The notes under the pieces are model-generated. The model had not been told where the DNA came from and ran no database searches. It saw only the letters and a list, made by a program, of their open reading frames with translations. This document shows, piece by piece, positions 50,901 to 64,000 of a DNA stretch of 64,000 nucleotides. Origin of the DNA: Epiperipatus broadwayi (Eukaryota; Animalia; Onychophora); assembly GCA_028023455.1 (NCBI GenBank), contig JAQFVV010000004.1, positions 13,392,001 to 13,456,000 of the forward strand, read 5' to 3'. The position numbers and the translations under genes are program-made. The first letter of the stretch is position 1, and each line of letters begins with the position of its first letter.

Positions 50901-52177
50901 TTAAAATTACCCCAAATCCAAAATTCAACCAGACTAGCCAAGAAATAATAATAAAACACAACCAAAGGTTTCACTGCTACAAGCAGACTTCTCAAGTGTA
51001 AAGAACTACAAAAACTACACCATATAATAGGTCATATTATTTCCCCTTTAGTGTGTTCAGTTTACATTAATTATATGGAAGATGAAATTATTATTAAAAG
51101 AATTGTTTATATTTAAAGTTATTTGTTAGATATGTAGATGATTGTTTATTTGTAGTTGAGAATGATAAATTGAAGGAATTTGTAAATGAGTTTAATTGTT
51201 TTGATCATTCTAGAAGATACGTGTTAGGAGGGGGGTTAGATTTTGTTATGTTAAAATTTTTAGATCTTTTGGTGATTAGAAATGTAGAGACTAATTGTTT
51301 ACTATGCAATCATTTTGTTAAAAGTAGAGAATTAAGGTCTATAATTAAACTTGATAGCTATCAGTCTGTATCTCATAAAGTAGCTGCATTAAGGAATTAT
51401 TGTTATAGGAATAAAAAAATTTAATAATTATAGTGGTGTAGCTTTGTTTCAGAAAGGTCAATTCTATAAAGATTATTTGAGTGTTGGGTACTCTGGTAAA
51501 TTTGTTAAAAGTATTTTATTTAATCATAATATTTGTAAGGATGTAAAGGGTAAAGAAAAATATGATTTTATTTCTTTGCCATTTAAATTGTCTTCTTATA
51601 AAATTGAACATAGGAATAGCAAATTGTTTGGAAATAAGAAGATTGCTTGGAAAAGGGGTATTACTTTGAATAAATTATTAAATAATATAAAGAAAATTTT
51701 TGATAGGTGGACTATTCCTGGTGTAGTATATTTTATCTTTTGTTTTTGTAAGAAGGTCTATATAGGTCAGAGTAGTTTGAGTTTAAATGAAAGAATAAAG
51801 ATTCATAAAAGTAGAGTTAGAAATAGATATCTTAGTTCTGCTTTGTATGTCCATAAAAAAGATACAGGCCACACTATTAATTTTGATGAAACTAAGGTTG
51901 TCTTCTTTGAGAGAAATGAAATCAAAAGAAGAATTAAAGAATCTTTATTATTGAAAATTATTATTCTGAAGCAATTAACTTATTTAAGAGTACTTTTAAT
52001 AGTAAGGGTGGATGGGAAGTGAATGGATTTGTGGGTAATGTTTAATATTATATATATATTGTGTAGTTTTTGTAGTTCTTTACACTTGAGAAGTCTGCCT
52101 GTAGCAGCGAAACCTTTGGTTGTGTTTTATTATTTCTTGGCTAGTCTGTTTGCATTTTGGATTTGGGGTAATTTTAA
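50901..52177 (+). mobile_element. 5'-truncated Penelope-like element with inverted pseudo-LTRs
   Basis: RT SPLVCSVYINYME and FVRYVDDCLF (YVDD 51131-51142), GIY-YIG GVVYFIFCFCKKVYIGQSSLSLNERIKIH in ORF 51444-52022; inverted terminal copies 50901-51020 and 52061-52177. Confidence 0.9.
52082..52125 (+). ncRNA. Variant type I HHR (family F) with U3-A8 core
   Basis: acac TTGAGAA G t CTGC ctgta GCAG C GAAA CC ttt GG TT| gtgt; inverted copy at 50956-50999. Confidence 0.6.
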
Positions 52178-52784
52178 TTATATATTGACTAGTTTAGCTT
52201 TATGCTTGTAATGTTTGTTACTATTAATATATTTTTCAAAAACACTAACTTTCTTGCATTAAATTTGTCATGCGATGGAAAACCTATGTCTAATTTCTTT
52301 GAATGTTTTCAAAAGGCATTTCATTAAATTTCTTTTTTCACTGTTTGACAATAAGATTATATCTCTGTATAGCTAATTAAAAATATGTCATAACACAAAT
52401 TTTTTTTAAAAAGTACAATTTAGCCTAAAGTGTTGTTATAACATCTCTTTGTACATTATATACTATCTTAATATATACATTAAATAGATTTTCAAATGAT
52501 TATGTATTTAAAACATAAAAATTTAACTGTAATATTTTATGTATTTTATAATTTTCAGCTATGATGTGTGCATGTATACATATTGAATTAAATATTTTCA
52601 TGAATTATTATTATTATAATAAAGAGTAAAAATGAGATTATATCCATGTAAACATAGATAACTTTTTTGCTCTTGTTGTTGCTAAGAAACTATCAATTCC
52701 TACTAATTGATAACCCCTGAGGCTAAACATGTTTTGTTATTAACCTAAAATAGCTCTTTGATTGAAATAAAAGTTTATTTCTTT

Positions 52785-53297
<513 letters not shown>

Positions 53298-54099
53298 CTA
53301 CCATTAAGAAAAGATAGAACAATGAAGTTATACAATTGAGTCAACAGAAACAAAAACAACATGGAAAGTGAAGTAGTAAAAAGCACACTTTGATAAGGAT
53401 AACAATAAATAATAAAATGTGTGGGCGCATTAAAATTTATTCTAACTTAGTGCTTTGAATCATGTCATGAAATAAGGTATTCTAAAATAAAAATTACAAT
53501 ATCAACTGTATAGTATTTTAAAATGTGTGCATATTTAAAATATCCTTTGTAATATGCTAATATATAAAAAATATCTTAATACTGAAATAACTTTTTCAGC
53601 AGTTTTGAATCACTTGAACAGGTTTAATGATTTAAACCAAATTTTGTGCTATGGCTAAAATTAAGTAAACATGATAAAAATATTACAAAGCAATAATAAT
53701 TAAAATTAATATTTATCATCTTATGAAGAGAAAAAAAGAATGTCACATTGGATTTTTTTTCATGGTTAGCAAAATTTACTTGCAGCAAAATAAAACCCTA
53801 TTGTATATAAAATTCATAGATAGGTAAAATAATATTTTATGAAGTTAAATATCATTAGATTTAATATAAAGATACAAAACTGAATAGTATAAAATGAATT
53901 TTTTGAAAGTGAAATCAATAATTAAATATTATTTTAGTATAATATTTAATTTAGGACCTGGTAATTTTGTATGTTTTCAATTTTTATACACTAGAACTAG
54001 TGTTTAAATTCAAGAAAAGTAAAGTTTAATTATAATTATTTTCATAAATATTACCAAAATCACATTTTTCTTTATTTTTGCCATAATATCCTATAATTA

Positions 54100-54333
54100 C
54101 AATTTATCCAAACTGCTTCAAACACTTTTTAGCAAAACTCTTTATTTGTACATATACATACACCTATTTTTCGACTGACCTGCAGTCTTCTTCAGAGCAA
54201 GTTTATTTTTTTTTTAGAAGATCAAAATAAACTTGCTCTGAAGAAGGCTGTAGGTCAGTAGAAACATAGATGTATGTATATGTACAAATAAAGAGTTTTG
54301 CTAAAAAGTGTTTGAAGCAGTTTGGATAAATTG
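54100..54333. repeat. Fold-back insertion with HHR family B on both strands
   Basis: Arms 54100-54209 and 54224-54333; CTGAAGA A GACTG caggt CAGTC GAAA on minus (54163-54198), more decayed on plus (from 54238). Confidence 0.8.
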
Positions 54334-54449
54334 AATAATTATTTTTTTTTTATATTCAATGCATTACTTAAATGAGATATTAACCAAAAATTGATTAAAA
54401 CAAACATGATATTAGATAATTCAAAAAACTAGTAGCTTGATTTTCAATT

Positions 54450-55000
54450 CCAGGCAAAGACAGCTTATCCTGTGAGAGAAACAATCAGTATAAGAAGGAA
54501 ATAAAGAAACAAATAAGTTCATTTGTAATGACAATCAGTGACAGTAAGTTATAATTAGTTGCAGTTAAAATTGAGCATGCAAAGATGAACTATAGTTGCT
54601 AGCTACATGTGTTGATGACATCAAAGATGTAACTTCTTTTAAAAACCTAGCAGAAGTGCTTTCAAGAACAAAAGATAGCATCATGATTACTGATGAAACA
54701 AAGCTAAAACAGCATTAAAATTGTAAATTATCCTTATTTATTGATTATATTTTTTATAAAATAATTTTCTGTAGCTATTAAAGGCAATTAAATCGTCATG
54801 CTGCCTGAAAATAGAATCTTTAGTAGAATGGATAAAGAGACCAAAAATATCTTATAAGTTGATCATTATGTTTCATACAAGAAAAAAATGTGTCACTGAG
54901 TTGATAGCTTGACTACCAGCAACTGAGCCATGGAATATGAAAAATCAACAAATGGGTTTAATGATGTTATGCAAAAAATTAAAACAAAAAAAAAAATAAA
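54450..55000 (+). pseudogene. Possible pogo/Tigger-like transposase relic
   Basis: IVMLPENRI..RMDKET resembles the FLPPNTTS..QPMDQG motif; otherwise highly decayed. Confidence 0.25.
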
Positions 55001-56288
55001 ATTCAACAAGACTACAATTATATAACTGTTCAACTATAGAAAACCTCAATTTATAGAGAAAAACTTTCCATCTTGAATGACTTATGACAAAGAAGATACT
55101 TATTTTAAATACTGTCAAAAGTATAGTTTTAAAAAATTAAAGCGTGCATGCCAAAAAGAAATTGAAATATTAAAAATATTATAAACTGACTAATGAACAA
55201 GCTTTAATTTAAATTATATTATACTCATTTTTAACATTTCAATATACTTGCATTTAATTAATAATAGAGAAATTAATTTGTAAAGTTTTTAATATGATAA
55301 TATTTTCATATTTATGTAATAAATTTTTGTATAATATTTTATGATGCACTAAACCATGAAAATTTTTGTTTTAAGATATCTTGTAAATTGTGTATACATA
55401 ATTAGTAAGATATCTTGTTTAGTATGTATGCATATTTTTGAGAAGATAAGAGAGGAAATAAATAAGATGTTAAAGCCTATCACACATATATATATTTAAG
55501 TGGGCACATTGTAACAGTCAGAAAACATGTGATTCGTAAACATAGTGCAGAGTTCGACCCCCATACAGAACAGCAGCACCATTGAGTAGCGAAGCCACCC
55601 ATGGTACTGAGTTCGAACATAGTTTATCGGTTCCACAATACCATCCACAAAAAAACGCATCTGATGTGACATTAGTAAATATTTCCTTAGGCACGGGGGT
55701 CAGGGATATGCAAGAGATTCATGATTTTATTCTCGAGTTAGCCAATAATCAAACTAATATTAATTAAACATTCATATTTACATAATTGAGGAAATATTAT
55801 ATAGAATGGGTATCGAATAAATGAAATGTAACTGCAGACGTATAGTTTAAAATTATTTATTCACACATTTTAATAAAACATTTACTAATAATATTTTATG
55901 GACTAACAGCTTCAGTAGCAGGATTTGCAACATGATTATATTTTAAAGAATACATTATTTATTTGTTTATAAAAGGAATTCATTTATTTGAGGGCGTAAT
56001 CTAGCTACCTAAAATTGTCGAGTAAGTATTTCTAATGCATGCCTTGGGGAATTTATACCTTTGCAATGCAAGAGTCTAAAGTAAGATGTAAGAGTAGCGG
56101 TGGACACATATTTATTTAATTAAAATATTTATTTTATGACTAAGGGCAAACATTTATTTGAGAGTGAATTACAAAGATAATGCAGAGGTGGAGTGATATA
56201 TAGAATAATAAAATTAAGTAAAGGAACACGTACGCTTTAGAAAGGCGATATGGAATGGCAGTATATCGAAACTGCAATGCCGCGAATG

Positions 56289-56838
56289 GGTTTATAAGAA
56301 TGTCGGGCTGGTCTCTGCCTCGGCCCGATGAAGTAAGGTGTCACATAAGCATAACCAGGGACAAGCGGTCCGTGTCGCAGTTTTTCCGGCTGGCTGCATG
56401 ACGTCAAGTCCTATGGGAGCACCCATTATGCCCGCTTGCGTAGGACGACGGGGGTTAATTTCAACCCTGAAGAATCCGGAAATTTCACGGCGGAATGGGT
56501 CATCATGTCTCTAAAACGTAACACATGTATAATGTATAAACGATTATGATGAGATTTAAATAGATTTCTAACTTGGCCCTATATTATCAACATTTATTAA
56601 AGAACGTTGGCGGCTCTCAAAGAAATGTAATTTTCTGGAATTATTCATGATGATTTAATAAATACAAAACCTATATAAATTTGGGAATTATTATAACTAA
56701 TATGTCAGCCATTTGCAAAGTAGTAGACCCTGCATTACAATAAGTGATGCACTGAATGTGTGTCGATTTAGATGAAAGTTAAGTTAGTTATGGTTTATAA
56801 GAATGTTGGGCTGGTCTCTGCCTCGGCCCGACAAAGTA
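56289..56838. repeat. 47-bp hairpin-containing direct repeat (56289-56335, 56792-56838) with adjacent CpG-rich structured island
   Basis: ggtttataagaatgt(c/t)gggctggtctctgcctcggcccga(tg/ca)aagta occurs twice, 503 bp apart. Confidence 0.8.
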
Positions 56839-58437
56839 CATATTAATGAAAATGTGACACGCATTCACTGTTTCAAACGATCATAGATTTAAACTTTGAA
56901 AATAGAGACAATTGTGAGCATGCAATAATTAAATAATAAATATAGATAAAATATAGATTTTAAAAATACGCACCCAAGATAGAATGAGGTAAGCTAGATT
57001 AGTAGAGAAATTTACACATTAAGTTAATTATTCAGTTTTAGTTATACATATGGTAGTTTTTACATTTTATAATTTAGATAAGTAGTATGAAGAAGAGCTA
57101 TAGCATATTATTAGAGTACTCTAGAGTTTGAACACAGACAGGTACCTGTTTTATAAGAAGTTTTCTGATTCCATTAGTTTAGCAGCAAAAACTTCACGAG
57201 TGGCAAGTCTTTCTTGTATTTAGATATTTCATTTAATTTCACAGCAGCAGCAGCTTTTTCATTTATTTCAGGCAGCAGATCTTCATGGTGAATATATGAC
57301 GGGCAATGGAAAGTTCGGCATCCGAAAGACCATCTCCCAATGGAGAATAATCTAGGTGCTTTACTCGGTCATACCTTGGCAGGAACAAATTATTTTTATA
57401 TTTTTGGAGACTCTCAGTGCTTGAGAGAAAATCTAAAGTTTAAGTGAATGTCTCCAGCAAGTCTAAGATGGCCTCTTTTTTTATCTTGATCTTTCACATT
57501 TTTGTTAAGGTATTTTTAGGTTCTACTTAATCTGCCCTGAGGATAATCAATGCATTTTGTTGGTTTTTAATTAAAGAAAGCTGCTGTTCTATTGTTTACA
57601 TTTTACATTTACTAATTACATTTTGGGGAATTTTTCTTTAATTAATCTATTATCTATCACTGACCAATGCTTTTAAATTTCAAAGACAAAAAGGAAACAT
57701 AAGATTATTTTAACTTTTAATTAAATATTACATCAGATTTTTTTAGAATTATTATTAAACGAAATTTAAACAAAGCAATAAATACGAACTTTATAATCCA
57801 AAATAAATGATTAAAATTACACAAAGTTATATAACTAAAAGAAATCTAAATTATATTATTTTATCCCTATTTATTGCCTTTAATTTGAGATCGAAATGTG
57901 TGCGTGTTTTTGCTGAATACTACATATATTTATACATTTTAATATTGCTACACACACAATTCGATACCAAAAAGTTTAAATTTGGGTGGGATAGACCGGT
58001 CAGTGAGAGTCATTTCATTTGAAATAAGTGAGAGAGGGCAACAAGTGCGTCTTATCGCCCTTCTCTCAAAATTAAGCTCAAACTGTCTTTAATTTCAATA
58101 TTTTTTCTTTTATACCGATCGTCCAGATTCACTGAACAATGGTTTCCTGTTCCAAATTTTCGTTATGGTCCGAGCCTTCATTGCTGCTTCTATTGGACAT
58201 CTAATTTATTTTTGTTCTCTTATCTATATTTCATCTGACTTTTTTTTATATAAGAACCCCAAGGGATAGTTTGCTTTTTGTTCCATTTATAAAACAATCA
58301 TTTCCATTTATTAAAATATTTTATCTTTAGATCTTGTACTTTTTTATAAAAAAGTACATTCAAATACTTTTTTTTTTAGTTAAAAAAATACTTTTAAAGT
58401 TTTGCATCTGTGCGAATATATATGTTGTGAATGTTCA

Positions 58438-58937
58438 NNNNNNNNNNNNNNNNNNNNNNNNNNNNNNNNNNNNNNNNNNNNNNNNNNNNNNNNNNNNNNN
58501 NNNNNNNNNNNNNNNNNNNNNNNNNNNNNNNNNNNNNNNNNNNNNNNNNNNNNNNNNNNNNNNNNNNNNNNNNNNNNNNNNNNNNNNNNNNNNNNNNNNN
58601 NNNNNNNNNNNNNNNNNNNNNNNNNNNNNNNNNNNNNNNNNNNNNNNNNNNNNNNNNNNNNNNNNNNNNNNNNNNNNNNNNNNNNNNNNNNNNNNNNNNN
58701 NNNNNNNNNNNNNNNNNNNNNNNNNNNNNNNNNNNNNNNNNNNNNNNNNNNNNNNNNNNNNNNNNNNNNNNNNNNNNNNNNNNNNNNNNNNNNNNNNNNN
58801 NNNNNNNNNNNNNNNNNNNNNNNNNNNNNNNNNNNNNNNNNNNNNNNNNNNNNNNNNNNNNNNNNNNNNNNNNNNNNNNNNNNNNNNNNNNNNNNNNNNN
58901 NNNNNNNNNNNNNNNNNNNNNNNNNNNNNNNNNNNNN
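58438..58937. other. Assembly gap (500 N)
   Basis: Run of N; adjacency across it is not guaranteed. Confidence 1.
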
Positions 58938-59167
58938 GCATTCAACAATTACAATATATATATATATATATATGTAGCCAGGAGTACACATGTATAATTT
59001 ATTTTATATTTATATTGTATATTTTATTTTATATTATCTGGATTATTTTATTTGGGTTTGATTATATTTATTTTAGTTTTATTATGTTTTATGTTTTTTA
59101 TTGTTTACATTTTTATGGTATTATTTATATAGTTATGTAATTTATTTTATTTTGTTCATTATATCAT

Positions 59168-59300
59168 ATCTCTGAAGAAGACTGCAGGACAGTTGAAACA
59201 TAAGATTGTGTTGCATATATGTACAGTAAAAGGTTTTCGCTAAAAAAATGTTTAAAGTACAGTGGATAAATTCCATTTATATAGGGTATTATTATAATTT
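59168..59300 (+). repeat. Single copy of HHR family B 3' region
   Basis: atct CTGAAGA A GACTG cagga CAGTT GAAA CATA agat followed by sequence homologous to 54270-54330. Confidence 0.7.
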
Positions 59301-60049
59301 GAATATTGGAGTCTATACATTTTTTTAAAGAAAATTATATTTGAAAGTTCAAATTTTAACAAAATCTATCTTTTTAAATGGATTAAATAAAATAATGAAT
59401 GGATTTTAGTAATTTGGTATAAATTATTATCATAAAAAAGAAAAGAAAAAGGGATATCTTGATCATAAAGTAAATGCATAAAATTAAAGTTTTTTATGAA
59501 AGAATTTATAGTTATGACTAGAATCAACCATGATGAATTAATACATTATGTTATTGAAGATTATACATTATGGATTTATGATGGTTTGTTTAAAATAATT
59601 ATGTATCTGCCTTGCATTGAAAATGTTCTTTTGCAAAGATCATTATTTATAGTTCTTTTATTTTTTGATATTTAACTTCAAAATGGAAAGGTATTTTTAA
59701 ACCTGTAAACATAATATAGTTAATAAAATGAATAAAATATTTATAATTTTGAATATTTATTTTTAAATTTATTTATAAAACATTCTGTATATGCATAATT
59801 ATAAGGGATTTTATACTCTATAATGGATTATGTTTTTAAAAGTAAACTAAAAATCTATCTATTTATTATTCTTTTACGTTATCGTTATTTATTTTTATTG
59901 TGTTTTGCTTTATATAAGAAGGGTGATAAAAATCAAAAGCATTTTCTTTCCTGTAATATATAAACTAAATTTGTAGAAATAATTTGTCAATTGAAATATC
60001 TGACTTATAATAAGATCAAGTCCTCATTTAAGCATGGCTAATAAGGGTT

Positions 60050-60300
60050 GGTGTATATAAAGAATTAAGAGACTGAAGTGGAGTTGGGATGGACATATTG
60101 CTAAAAGAGATGATACTAAATGGACAATTAAAATCTTAAACTGAATTCCAAGAGATTGTAAAAAACCCAGAAAAAGACAAAATGTGGGATGGATGGATGA
60201 AATAAGAAAATGTGCAGGGGTGATGTGGAGAAGAGAGGATAGAGATCAGAGAAGATTCATCTTGCAGTGGAATGATAATGGTTGACAATGATGATGTTAT
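60050..60300 (+). mobile_element. RTE-like LINE 3' end
   Basis: IKRLKWSWDGHIAKRDDTKWTIKILN*IPRDCKKPRKRQNVGWMDEIRKCAG with (tga)n-like tail. Confidence 0.75.
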
Positions 60301-61605
60301 AAGAATAAAACTATAACCATAAGTGATTCACTTATACTTTTAAAACACTTATTGATGGGTGAATGCATGTAAATTTTATACCAATCTAATAGTGCATGTC
60401 TGAAGAATATTTTTCTTCTACATGATATATCTAAGATTAAAAATGTGAATTTAAAAATAAATGCATAAAAGAATGCTCATTGTCAAAATAAATATCAAAT
60501 GAGTAAAAAAAAGCAGATATAAGAATAATAATGAAAGTTGCATATAAAAAAGTGATAAATGGGTAATTTCTAATATTAAATAAAGTAATAGCAAAAATTA
60601 TTAAGTTACTCATAAGCTCGATTGAAAATATCATTTATAGAGCACTATATTTTTATCTTTTCTTATCATTTTTATTTTTATACTAATATAGATAGATATT
60701 TAATGTTGAAATTATTTGTGAAATCAAAATATATGATTGAAATGAGAGTTAACTGAAAACTATTAATTACTTAAATTAATTCTCTATTTAATATTATTGA
60801 CATTTGCAACAAAATTTATTATCATCTATATTATTGTATTCGTGAGGAATATTAATTCCGAAGTATAATAAATTTAATTAGACTGTTATATATGTAGATG
60901 GTATTGGCTACATTTCAAATTTTAATACCAACATAGCATATTCTTTTAGAAAGTTTTGATGTTAAAGTTAATACAAAACTGTATATTAATGTTATTATTA
61001 TTTTATTCAGAAATAATATTTTAAATTAAGATTTGAGTTTATTCTATGCATTTGTTTATTCAAAATTATTTAAATCTCATAGCTGCATTATTCAATTATT
61101 TAACAAACACCATCTAGCTTAGATTGGTAGATATTTTAAATTGAATGATTTTAATGAGCATGTAAATGACGGTATAATTTGTCATGCATATAACATTAAG
61201 AATATAAATTTATCTCAAGGAACAAACAAGTCTGAAGATGTTACTAAGATAATCTACAAGCTGGATCCTGAAAAAATCATTTAAAAAATAAACCTATAAA
61301 GAATTGATTGATATTGATATAACAAAAGCTGGGTATCATGTACAGGTTTATTTAAAAATAATTGTATCAGTATTTGCTTGTAAATAATTGTAGCAGTACA
61401 TTCAGACTTGGATTTAAAATAGATTTCACTTTAAATAGAGATTAAATAAAGGGTATTCTTTTTTTTCCTTTTTCCTTTCTTTAATATTTCTACCTTATTA
61501 CAGTTTGTACATTTAAAAAATACACATTTAACTTTAATATTTTTATTGGTTAATATAATGTAAATTAATTAGTAAATAGGATGACTGTTATATATATATA
61601 TATAT

Positions 61606-61768
61606 ATGAAATACAGAGAGCATGCCAATAGCTCAAACAAGCTCTTAATTGATAAAGCAGTTGGTCTGGGGATAAGAGTATTTCGGATAGAGATTTTAAA
61701 TATTTTCTCTTACCGCACTTATCAATTAAGAGCTTGTTTGAGTCATTGGTACACTCTCTGTATTTCAT
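61606..61768. repeat. Imperfect 50-bp inverted repeat
   Basis: Arms 61606-61655 and 61719-61768. Confidence 0.85.
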
Positions 61769-63594
61769 TTTTGTAAATACAAGCTTATAAAAGCAATGTC
61801 ACGTTATATGTGAATTGCTTTATATATATACAAAGTCAATTTCACAGCCAAGTTTCATTAATATGCTGTAAGCAACTAGATGTGTTTTTTCAGGCTGAAT
61901 GAAAACAATAACAAACCTGTCCAAGCATCCTTTTGGTTAGTGGTAACTTTGATAGGTTTGCTATTAATTTCATTCAACCTGCAGGACCACATCTTTATTG
62001 GTTGCTGCACATCAATATATTTTGATGTGAATTTAACTTTGTATATAATGGTCATTCCATTTACTAGTTAATTTACATATATACATATATTCAGTTAGAG
62101 ATTTCAAATATATTTAATATTTCATTTATATATATATTACACTTTGATTTAAAGAGTCAAATTTTCTGCCCTGACAACTTTGGTACCAATCACATTCAGA
62201 TAAATATATTAATGATTATTACTAATCAGTTATTAAAAAAATAGATTTCTTAGTCAACTTCATATTTCTTTTCCAAGTATACTCTTTTTTTTTTTAGATA
62301 TATTTAAAACTTCCGTTGCATCAATGCAGCAATTTTTTCATTTTAAAATCAAAATGTAAATAATTTGGTTTTAGTAAATAGTGAATATAATGACGAAACA
62401 TGTATATTGTGTCCTAGGCTAAATAAAGAATGCTGTTGTAGATTGAAATGCGAATCTAGGAAGACATTTGTTTTTTGTTTTTTCTAAATCATTTTAATCA
62501 TATGTTTCAAAAATTGATGGAGTAAAAATTTTAAGAATATCTAATTATATATATGTAAATTTCATTTTTACAATCAAGTATAACAAAATTATCTCCTGTC
62601 TTTCTGGCTAATAGTTTATTTTTTTATTTGAGAATTTATTATTTACTAATTCTTTCTGTTATATTATGTATCATAAGTTTTATATATTTATTGTATATTT
62701 CTATTTCCTTTTATATTATTCTTTAATATTTCTACTGTTTTTTCTTATCTATTGTATACATTGTAAAAAAAATTTGTCTATAAGTAATCTGAATCGGTGT
62801 TAAAGTCATAGAAAATCTTTGTAATTGGAGTAGCTTTCTGTTACGTTCTAAGATTTTCCTTTTTCAAAATCCAATCTTAATAAAACGGGAAATAAAATAC
62901 TTTAACTTTCTAACTTAGAAATAAACACTAATGACCTTTTAATAAACCTGATTTAAATTTTATGAAAATAAAAAATAGAGCATAAAAAGATTTGATAATA
63001 AAAAAAAAAAAACATAATGATTAATAAAATAGTATAAAAATTTAGAATAAATCGTTTTATATATATGAACAATCTTTTTTCTTTCAAATATGCTATAGTA
63101 GGTTAATTTAAAGATTTTCATTTGCGATTGTCATCCAAAAAAAAAAAAAAGAAATATTTCTTTTCTAAATATCTTTATTTTATTTTAGTTTTTTGGTTAA
63201 ATATATGTATAATTAAAAAGTGCAATAAATAAAAGGTTTATTTTCATTTTCAGAAAATTTATTTTTATAATCCATTTATGACAATATAATTTATAATTTA
63301 TTTTTATAATTGTGTTATACTAAGATAATTTACATATTCTAACTGAAATAAGAAGGGTCATGGAGCTGCGACATGAAGAATTATAATCGTTTAATCATTA
63401 AATTAATTAGGTTATTAAATCAAAAACATATTTTAAAATCTACATTTAAAAAAACAACAACAATTTAACAAAAAAAAAAAAAATATGAAAAGCATTAATG
63501 TGAAGAATAGTTAAAATGCGTGTTTAAATCAAATTGAGTGTGTGTTTGCACGTGCATATTCTGCATAATCTATTTTAATACATTGTACAGGCTT

Positions 63595-64000
63595 ACACCT
63601 GCATTTATATATGTAATGTATGCGGGATTCGAACTCAGACTTTCACACGATCTACAACTCTCAGTGCCATCTTATATTGCTGATTCACCTGATCACACAT
63701 GTTGAAAAGATAAATAATCACCAATATATGTATTTCGTGCTAAGCCAGCACTCATTAAAGTATGAAGATTGGTTATCTTAATATAAAGCTGAGTACTAAT
63801 TGTATATATGTGTGGAGATGGTAATCTGAACCAACTGATGAGTGCTGATTTAGCACGAAATACATATATTGATGATTATTTATCTTTTCAACATGTGTGT
63901 GATCAGGTGAGTAAGCAATATAAGATGGCACTGAGAGTTGTAGGTCGTGTAAAAGTCTGAGTTCGAATCCCGCATGTATTACACATATAAATGCAAGTGT
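63595..64000. mobile_element. Fold-back insertion with HHR family E (runs off the window end)
   Basis: Arms ~63595-63755 and ~63838-64000; B-box-like GTTCGAATCC at 63961-63970. Confidence 0.8.
63831..63872 (+). ncRNA. Type I HHR (family E)
   Basis: ccaa CTGATGA GTGCT gattt AGCAC GAAA TACAT AT A| ttga: intact core, 5-bp stem II, AUA triplet, short stem I; the minus-strand copy (63720-63760) has a damaged core. Confidence 0.7.

Noticed and set aside
55525-55620. tRNA or SINE head from two GTTCGA motifs
   Set aside because: No cloverleaf, clear A-box, tail or TSD could be supported.
56301-56360. HDV-like ribozyme (P1 GTCGGGC/GCCCGAT, P2 ctggt/accag)
   Set aside because: P3/L3 geometry does not fit and there is no credible P4.
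56467-56501. HHR at CTGAAGA 56467
   Set aside because: No GAAA in the correct position after a stem II and no stem I/III.
58107-58200. Host exon on the minus strand (CPIEAAMKARTITKIWNRKPLFSESGRS)
   Set aside because: Weak splice signals, no recognisable homology and no partner exons identified.
58334-59140. ORFs spanning X runs
   Set aside because: They cross the 500-N gap.

Overview
Strongly AT-rich eukaryotic (animal-like) genomic DNA that reads as a transposable-element graveyard; I could not support any intact host protein-coding gene. Recognisable content: three to four Ty3/gypsy LTR remnants (two Mag/K02A2.6-like), non-LTR fragments (L1/Tx1-like, CR1/L2-like, RTE-like), a ZMYM1-like hAT transposase relic, Penelope-like elements (PLE; RT + GIY-YIG), a tRNA-Gly-derived short retroposon with target-site duplications (TSDs), a ~31-bp minisatellite, a compound tetranucleotide microsatellite and a 500-N gap. 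The main unexplained structure is a dense set of fold-back (inverted-repeat) insertions that carry minimal type I hammerhead ribozyme (HHR) motifs. I read about 18 intact or decayed motifs in about 6-7 families between 28.2 and 64 kb. Most families have their own palindromic stem III, several insertions have TSDs and shared termini, one family is nested inside another, and the coding PLE carries a U3-A8 compensatory core variant. The HHR-PLE association itself is established; the particular families, the nesting, the shared hairpin and the family-specific palindromes are what may be new. Many repeats show TG/CA differences consistent with CpG-methylation decay. All folding, translation and alignment was done by eye; family names A-F are mine and many boundaries of decayed elements are approximate.
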